Assembly: GCA_048885925.1 (NCBI GenBank)
Contig: JBHLLG010000076.1
Location: 1-13,532, forward strand
Direction of reading: 5' to 3'
Origin: Candidatus Hermodarchaeota archaeon
Lineage (GTDB): Archaea > Asgardarchaeota > Lokiarchaeia > Sigyniarchaeales > SOKP01
DNA: 13,532 nucleotides
Shown here: piece by piece, positions 8,077-13,532 of the stretch
Position numbering within the stretch: the stretch's first letter is position 1
Layout: each line of letters begins with the position of its first letter
Made by a program: the position numbers and the translations under genes
Notes under the pieces: model-generated
What the model was told of the DNA's origin: nothing
Database searches by the model: none
What the model saw: the letters and a program-made list of their open reading frames with translations, nothing else

Positions 8077-11000
8077 GTGAGAATTATAAGAAAGTTAAAA
8101 AATAAAAAAAAAATTCTTGGAGTACTATTATTCATTCTAATTTTGCCAACAATAATTAACACACCTTTATTTACGATTTTTAATGGAATAAAAAAATACA
8201 CAAATCAAGAAAATATTGGAAAGGAGAATATCACAGATTCGCTACTGTCTACCTCTTCAAATGGGCTTCCTAATGCAAATTATTTTAGTTATTATAAAGT
8301 CATAACAATTGATCATACAAAGGTTAATGGAACAGGGGACCTTATTAATTTTCCTGTGTTAATTTCTATTATTGATTCAGACTTACAGGACAAGGCTCAG
8401 TCTGATGGTGATGATATCGCATTTGCCAATAATACTGCTTGGCTAGATCATGAAATAGAACTATATGATCCAAGTTATAGTTATACTTATGCTCAACTAA
8501 TAACGTGGGTTCGGATTCCTTTGTTATCAACTTCTACTGATACTATTATATTCATGTTCTATGGAAATTCCACCCTAGGGCCCCAAGAAAATCCAACGGG
8601 AGTTTGGAATTCTGACTATAAGGGTGTATGGCATTTAAAGGAAGATCCTGGTCCTGGAGATCCCGGAGACATTAAAGATTCAACTTCTAATAGTAATCAT
8701 GGAACTGCTGATGATTCAATGAGATCGTATGATCAGATATCAGGACAGATTGATGGTAGTTTAGATTTTGATGGATACGATGATCATGTAATTGTGGGTA
8801 ATGTCGGAACAGGAATAAAAACTATTGATTTTTGGATGAACCCTCATTCACTTCAAGGCTATAATTATAGTGATACTGGTTATAGGAGTCCAACTGCGAC
8901 TGGAGAAACCTATAATAATTGGACCAACCCAACTGGCGCTTATACCAGCGATAATAATAGAGCATCAGCACCTACAGAAGGACTAGATCAAGATTGGTAC
9001 AACTTTGGTTTTAACATACCAAATTATACTATTGAAGGAATTGAGGTATCCCTTGAGGGGAACGCTGATGATGATGATGGAGTTCGAATTAGACTCTCTT
9101 GGAACGGCGGAATTGATTATACTAGCTATAGATCAATTACTTGGGACAGTTCTTATGATTCATATAAGTCGACAGGTGGTCCAACAACAGACTGGGGTAG
9201 GGAATGGAGCCCTTCTGAGTTTAGCGATCCTAACTTCAGAATTTGGTTAGAAAAGAGAGGATCCGACGATCCGACAAACATTGATCATATTCGGGTTAAG
9301 GTCTATTACTCTCAACCCGCAAATGTGTCATTAATTGATATAGACGGCACAGATCAAATAATAATTGATAGCGTTAGTGGTGAAATAAAAACTATTGGTT
9401 TTCCCGGCACACTAGTGATTTATATTAATGGAATAATAGGATCTATCGTATCCACAGGAGCATGGTACCATATAGTAATTATTGATACAAGTGGAGTTAG
9501 TGCTGATGCAATGGACATTGGTAGAGCTTCATCAGTCTCCTTTAATGGAATTATTGATGAAGTTCGGGTTTCCAACGTGACTCATACAGCAGATTGGATT
9601 GCCACTGAATATAATAACCACCAGGATCCCGCTAGTTTTTACTCTGTAGGAGGGGAACGGATTTCAGTTACCGATCTTCAAGTTAATGCGATTGATTTAT
9701 ACGGCAATTTAATACCAAACGTAAATATTTCTATGTATGAAAATAATAATTTAATTAGAAGTGGTATTACACTCGCTAATGGAACTATTATGTTTGAAGA
9801 TATAGTGTCAATAGAATATGAATATAACTTCACAGTATCCATGACATCAAATCTTCCTCCATATTATACAATAACAATTAATAAAACATCTGAAGCAATT
9901 CTAATAGAAGGAGCAACTCAAATTATTAATTTAATTTGCAATATCAGCAGAAACATCTTTAATGTCGTAGATGTAGATGGAATTACCGTAGATTCTGGAT
10001 GGATAATAGTTAGTAATAGTTCAGGTTCAATTCAGAATTGTACGATTGGCAATACAGGACAAGCAACATTTCGATGGTTAAATACTACTCCTTATCAATA
10101 TAACTATTCGGTATGGTATCGAGATATTAATTACAATGCGACCGAAATTATTGTAGCATCAGGGGATATACTCGCACCAAATTCTGTTGTCAATGTAACT
10201 ACACTCTTAACAACAGTCAATTTTACCGTTCTTACATCTGATACATCTCAGGTTGTTAGTGGAGCAAAATTAATATTAAAACATTCTGTCTTAGATTATT
10301 ATATAGTCAATTTAACCACGGATTTGGATGGAAAAGCAACTTTTAGATGGGCAAATTCCTCTGTAATAAATTCAAATTATTCTTTAAGTATTGATTTTTA
10401 TGGAGGATTGGTGTTTTTTGAAATAATTAATCTTACAGTTGGAAATTATAGTCAGGTTGATTTTAATATCAAAGCGAAAATCGCTTATACTATTAAGATT
10501 GATATTACACAAACTCAACTAGAAGAATTTAAAACAGAAATCGTGTCCTTAAATCCGTCAAATAATATCATTATTGAAACGGGTTCGAGTTTAAAAATAA
10601 GAACTTTATTCAATGTTACTAAATCAGTGTATGAAAATTTATTAGGTCCAGCCTATGCAGATTCAATGTCATATGAAATATTAAAAGGAACAATACCCGT
10701 TCGTTCAGGAACATTGCAACAAGAAAATGATTATATCGGAAGACATCAAGCAGTTATTGAAACCGATGAGTTAGAAACTGAGATAATTTATACAATTAAA
10801 ATACAAGCCTACAAATCTGGATATGTTCTACCTTTGGATTTAATAATGTCATTATTCCTATTAAAAAATGAGTTAATGTTAAACCAGTCGCAAAATGATG
10901 ATTCACCTCAATCGAAATATTGGCAAGAAAGCGTCAATATGTCAGTAAAACCTTACGGGAAAATTTCTGAAGATTTTACTACAGAATATAATATTTATAA

Positions 11001-13532
11001 TAGTATAGACAATACATTTAAGGTTTCGATTCCAGATATCTCAAACGATTGGATTTTATCGCAGATTAGCTTTAATATTTATAATATTATGTGGAACGTT
11101 GCCGAATCTGACATAAACATTACTATTGTGGATCCTTATGGTTCCTTTAAGATGTTTCATTATAATAATCATAGTGGACATAATTATACTCTTGGCACCT
11201 GGACAGGACTAAAGCTTAACCTAGAGAAAACTAGTCCCACAAGTGATAACAATTTTGAGTTTACTATTGGAGGTTCATTTGATGGCAATATAGATATTAA
11301 TGCTGATGTCTCTTTTATTAGAGAAAAAATTAATGTTCAATATTCAAGATTTAACATTACAGAGATGCTCTCTCTTTTAACGGCAGTTGAGGGATGGGCA
11401 ATTAAAAACATAACTTTTGAGATTTATAATTGCTATAATAGATCCACATGGAGTAAAGTAGATTTAACATCCTTAAAAAATTTAAATATAACTACTAATG
11501 AGGGTTATGAATATTCATTGAATTATGGAGACATAAATGGAAATGGAATCCTAACCATAGATGATAGAATTATTTATCCTTTAAATAACCAATTCTTATT
11601 CACCATAGAAAGTACCACGAATATTATGTTTGATGTTATAATTAAAGTCGAATACATCCAAGAATTTTACCAAAATCAATATCTAGAAGTAATTAATTTC
11701 TCTATAGCTAGACAAGATTTTAGCAAAGGAGGAATTTTTCAAGTCAGTGTTGTCGAGAAAGGATGGTTTGAGGATTATGCAACATTATTAATTACTGGAA
11801 TATCCAATGGTGTCGAGGATTTACTTCCATCAGAATTAGCAATGACTATTACAGTAGGAGGGCAAATATATAATATTTCAGATATTGTTTCCGGACAAGG
11901 AGAATTTTCATTAGAAAACCTTGATAAAGATACTATATACACAGGAGTTATAGAAACAAATCAATCCGTTACATTTAATCTTTCTTTCATAATAAAACAT
12001 TCAAGAATAGTAGCTTATGAAACAAAAGGAACAGTTACTTATTCTATAATAGGTAAACCGGAAATATCTGGAACAGTCCAATATTATGAGGAATTGGAGT
12101 ATTATCTACAGACAATAAATACATCCTTACTAGATGCTGATGATTATATTATAAGCTTTACTGTTATAAAAGAGCATTACATACCAGCAACAAAGAATTT
12201 GGATTTGATTGTATTAAATCGTCTAACAATGATTAATGGTTCATCGGAATTCTTTAAACAAATTGAAACCATTTATATACAAGATGCTGTTAATTTTACA
12301 TTCTTATATACTGATGCGATAAAAGGCACAAAAATTACTAATTTAGGTAGTCAATATTATATATGGGAGCAATACGACAGTGTAGGGAATGTAATTGCTA
12401 GTGGTCAAGGAACTTTAATCCCTACTGTTGATAATTTATATATCTTAGATTTCAATACTGAAACTTTAACAATCGGAGAATATTTACTAATTATTACACT
12501 CGGTAAAAATAATTATGATCATAAAAATGCCATAATTTCTTTAAGTATCAATAAAAGAATAATTGATTATCTTCTCAATGACGGAATTAATCAAATAAAT
12601 GTTAAAAAAGGAGAAACGGTTACTTTACGATTAGAATTAACAGATCCTACGAAAGGAAATATTCCTTTAATGAATGCAGCTGTTTTAATGACAATAGGGG
12701 GAGTTGAATATGAGTTTGAGGAGTTAGCAAATGGTACTTATATATATAATTTTCCTACGGGAAATATAGATGCTTTCTTTACTTCAAAAACTCTTACGGG
12801 CAAAATTAATATTACTAGAGAGGATTACATCTCCGAGGAATTTAGGATTACCATTGTGGTTGAGATTGAAGAGATTTTCCCCGGAATGCCAACTTTTTAT
12901 TTCATATTAATTATTTCTGCCATAATTGCCGTTGTGGGTAGTATTGCTACATATAGAATTTATAAAAGTGCGACTACTCCAACATTTGTTAAAAAAGCGA
13001 GAAGGATGCAAAAAGCAATTAAGGGAGGTAATGTAATATCAGAGTCTCTTCTATATCGATCAAAAGAGGCTTTTGTTGGAGAGATAGTAAGAGATAAATG
13101 GGTTAAACTTGGACTTTCATTAGGGGATATTTTAGGAATTGAAATTGAGAAGAGAAGAAAATCACCCAAAATTATAGGAAAAATATCTAGAACAGAAAGA
13201 GCCGATGATATCAAACCAAAAGGATTCCTATTGATGAAATGGGATGAAAGAATAGGAACAGAGCTTTTAGTAAGATATCCTGAAGATATTAGTATTTCGA
13301 ACAAAACATTGATGCAAGTATATAGTACTCATGAGTATACCGGAGAGATAGGAGTAATTACACTAACATTTGGTTTTATGAATATTTTATCTTATTACAC
13401 AGGACCAGAATCAGGATATTATATCATTTTACTTTTAAATTTAGATGATGATCCAGATGCATATGAAGGAGCACTAGCTAATGTTGCTCAAATTATTTTA
13501 CAAAATGTTAAGGATGATTCCTATTTAGAAAT
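8077..13532 (+). CDS. Giant single-pass cell-surface glycoprotein: DUF2341-like + LamG/ConA-like head, Ig-like stalk, TM helix, cytoplasmic uDENN/longin-like domain; 3' end runs off the window
   Basis: Frame 1 is open from the TAA at 8068-8070 to the window end (read codon by codon). N-terminus RIIRKLKNKKKILGVLLFILILPTII is basic + hydrophobic. DUF2341-like: YYKVITIDHTKV...NFPVLISI...DGDDIAF...LDHEIE...WVRIP...MFYGN. LamG-like: YKGVWHLKE...GSLDFDGYDD...FNGIIDEVRVS...DWIATEYNN. Many NxS/T sequons. TM FYFILIISAIIAVVGSIATY at 12895-12954. Start (GTG 8077) is uncertain. Confidence 0.92.
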   Translation, partial: MRIIRKLKNKKKILGVLLFILILPTIINTPLFTIFNGIKKYTNQENIGKENITDSLLSTSSNGLPNANYFSYYKVITIDHTKVNGTGDLINFPVLISIIDSDLQDKAQSDGDDIAFANNTAWLDHEIELYDPSYSYTYAQLITWVRIPLLSTSTDTIIFMFYGNSTLGPQENPTGVWNSDYKGVWHLKEDPGPGDPGDIKDSTSNSNHGTADDSMRSYDQISGQIDGSLDFDGYDDHVIVGNVGTGIKTIDFWMNPHSLQGYNYSDTGYRSPTATGETYNNWTNPTGAYTSDNNRASAPTEGLDQDWYNFGFNIPNYTIEGIEVSLEGNADDDDGVRIRLSWNGGIDYTSYRSITWDSSYDSYKSTGGPTTDWGREWSPSEFSDPNFRIWLEKRGSDDPTNIDHIRVKVYYSQPANVSLIDIDGTDQIIIDSVSGEIKTIGFPGTLVIYINGIIGSIVSTGAWYHIVIIDTSGVSADAMDIGRASSVSFNGIIDEVRVSNVTHTADWIATEYNNHQDPASFYSVGGERISVTDLQVNAIDLYGNLIPNVNISMYENNNLIRSGITLANGTIMFEDIVSIEYEYNFTVSMTSNLPPYYTITINKTSEAILIEGATQIINLICNISRNIFNVVDVDGITVDSGWIIVSNSSGSIQNCTIGNTGQATFRWLNTTPYQYNYSVWYRDINYNATEIIVASGDILAPNSVVNVTTLLTTVNFTVLTSDTSQVVSGAKLILKHSVLDYYIVNLTTDLDGKATFRWANSSVINSNYSLSIDFYGGLVFFEIINLTVGNYSQVDFNIKAKIAYTIKIDITQTQLEEFKTEIVSLNPSNNIIIETGSSLKIRTLFNVTKSVYENLLGPAYADSMSYEILKGTIPVRSGTLQQENDYIGRHQAVIETDELETEIIYTIKIQAYKSGYVLPLDLIMSLFLLKNELMLNQSQNDDSPQSKYWQESVNMSVKPYGKISEDFTTEYNIYNSIDNTFKVSIPDISNDWILSQISFNIYNIMWNVAESDINITIVDPYGSFKMFHYNNHSGHNYTLGTWTGLKLNLEKTSPTSDNNFEFTIGGSFDGNIDINADVSFIREKINVQYSRFNITEMLSLLTAVEGWAIKNITFEIYNCYNRSTWSKVDLTSLKNLNITTNEGYEYSLNYGDINGNGILTIDDRIIYPLNNQFLFTIESTTNIMFDVIIKVEYIQEFYQNQYLEVINFSIARQDFSKGGIFQVSVVEKGWFEDYATLLITGISNGVEDLLPSELAMTITVGGQIYNISDIVSGQGEFSLENLDKDTIYTGVIETNQSVTFNLSFIIKHSRIVAYETKGTVTYSIIGKPEISGTVQYYEELEYYLQTINTSLLDADDYIISFTVIKEHYIPATKNLDLIVLNRLTMINGSSEFFKQIETIYIQDAVNFTFLYTDAIKGTKITNLGSQYYIWEQYDSVGNVIASGQGTLIPTVDNLYILDFNTETLTIGEYLLIITLGKNNYDHKNAIISLSINKRIIDYLLNDGINQINVKKGETVTLRLELTDPTKGNIPLMNAAVLMTIGGVEYEFEELANGTYIYNFPTGNIDAFFTSKTLTGKINITREDYISEEFRITIVVEIEEIFPGMPTFYFILIISAIIAVVGSIATYRIYKSATTPTFVKKARRMQKAIKGGNVISESLLYRSKEAFVGEIVRDKWVKLGLSLGDILGIEIEKRRKSPKIIGKISRTERADDIKPKGFLLMKWDERIGTELLVRYPEDISISNKTLMQVYSTHEYTGEIGVITLTFGFMNILSYYTGPESGYYIILLLNLDDDPDAYEGALANVAQIILQNVKDDSYLE

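Noticed and set aside
9005-9250. 81-aa + strand ORF
   Set aside because: Alternative-frame overlap within the giant frame-1 ORF.
8814-9397. 14-bp direct repeat AATAAAAACTATTG (8814-8827, 9384-9397) as a target-site duplication around the nested domain
   Set aside because: The copies lie ~35-70 nt outside the insert boundaries, are AT-rich and both encode IKTI; chance or protein-level similarity is more likely.
12960-13304. 114-aa minus strand ORF
   Set aside because: Antisense shadow of the cytoplasmic part of the giant ORF.

Overview
AT-rich archaeal-type DNA. Gene content and protein style suggest an Asgard (Lokiarchaeia-like) genome, which is an inference. The left part (minus strand) holds pyrD (dihydroorotate dehydrogenase 1B), pyrK, Elp3 (radical SAM/KAT tRNA U34 modification enzyme) and two tandem paralogues of an unknown ~360-aa protein with an RHH-like N-terminus. 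The second paralogue (1002 to <1) is missing from the supplied ORF track. Between the paralogues is a GC- and purine-rich ~85-nt structured island that looks like a small RNA. Divergent from pyrD is a decayed tyrosine recombinase with a Zn-ribbon tail, then a ~530-bp AT-rich spacer. The right 5.4 kb is one uninterrupted + strand ORF (8077 to >13532, >1818 aa), also missing from the track. It reads as signal/anchor, DUF2341-like + LamG/ConA lectin-like head with a nested domain, Ig-like stalk, one TM helix and a cytoplasmic domain resembling a uDENN/longin fold. This receptor-like fusion is the most interesting item.
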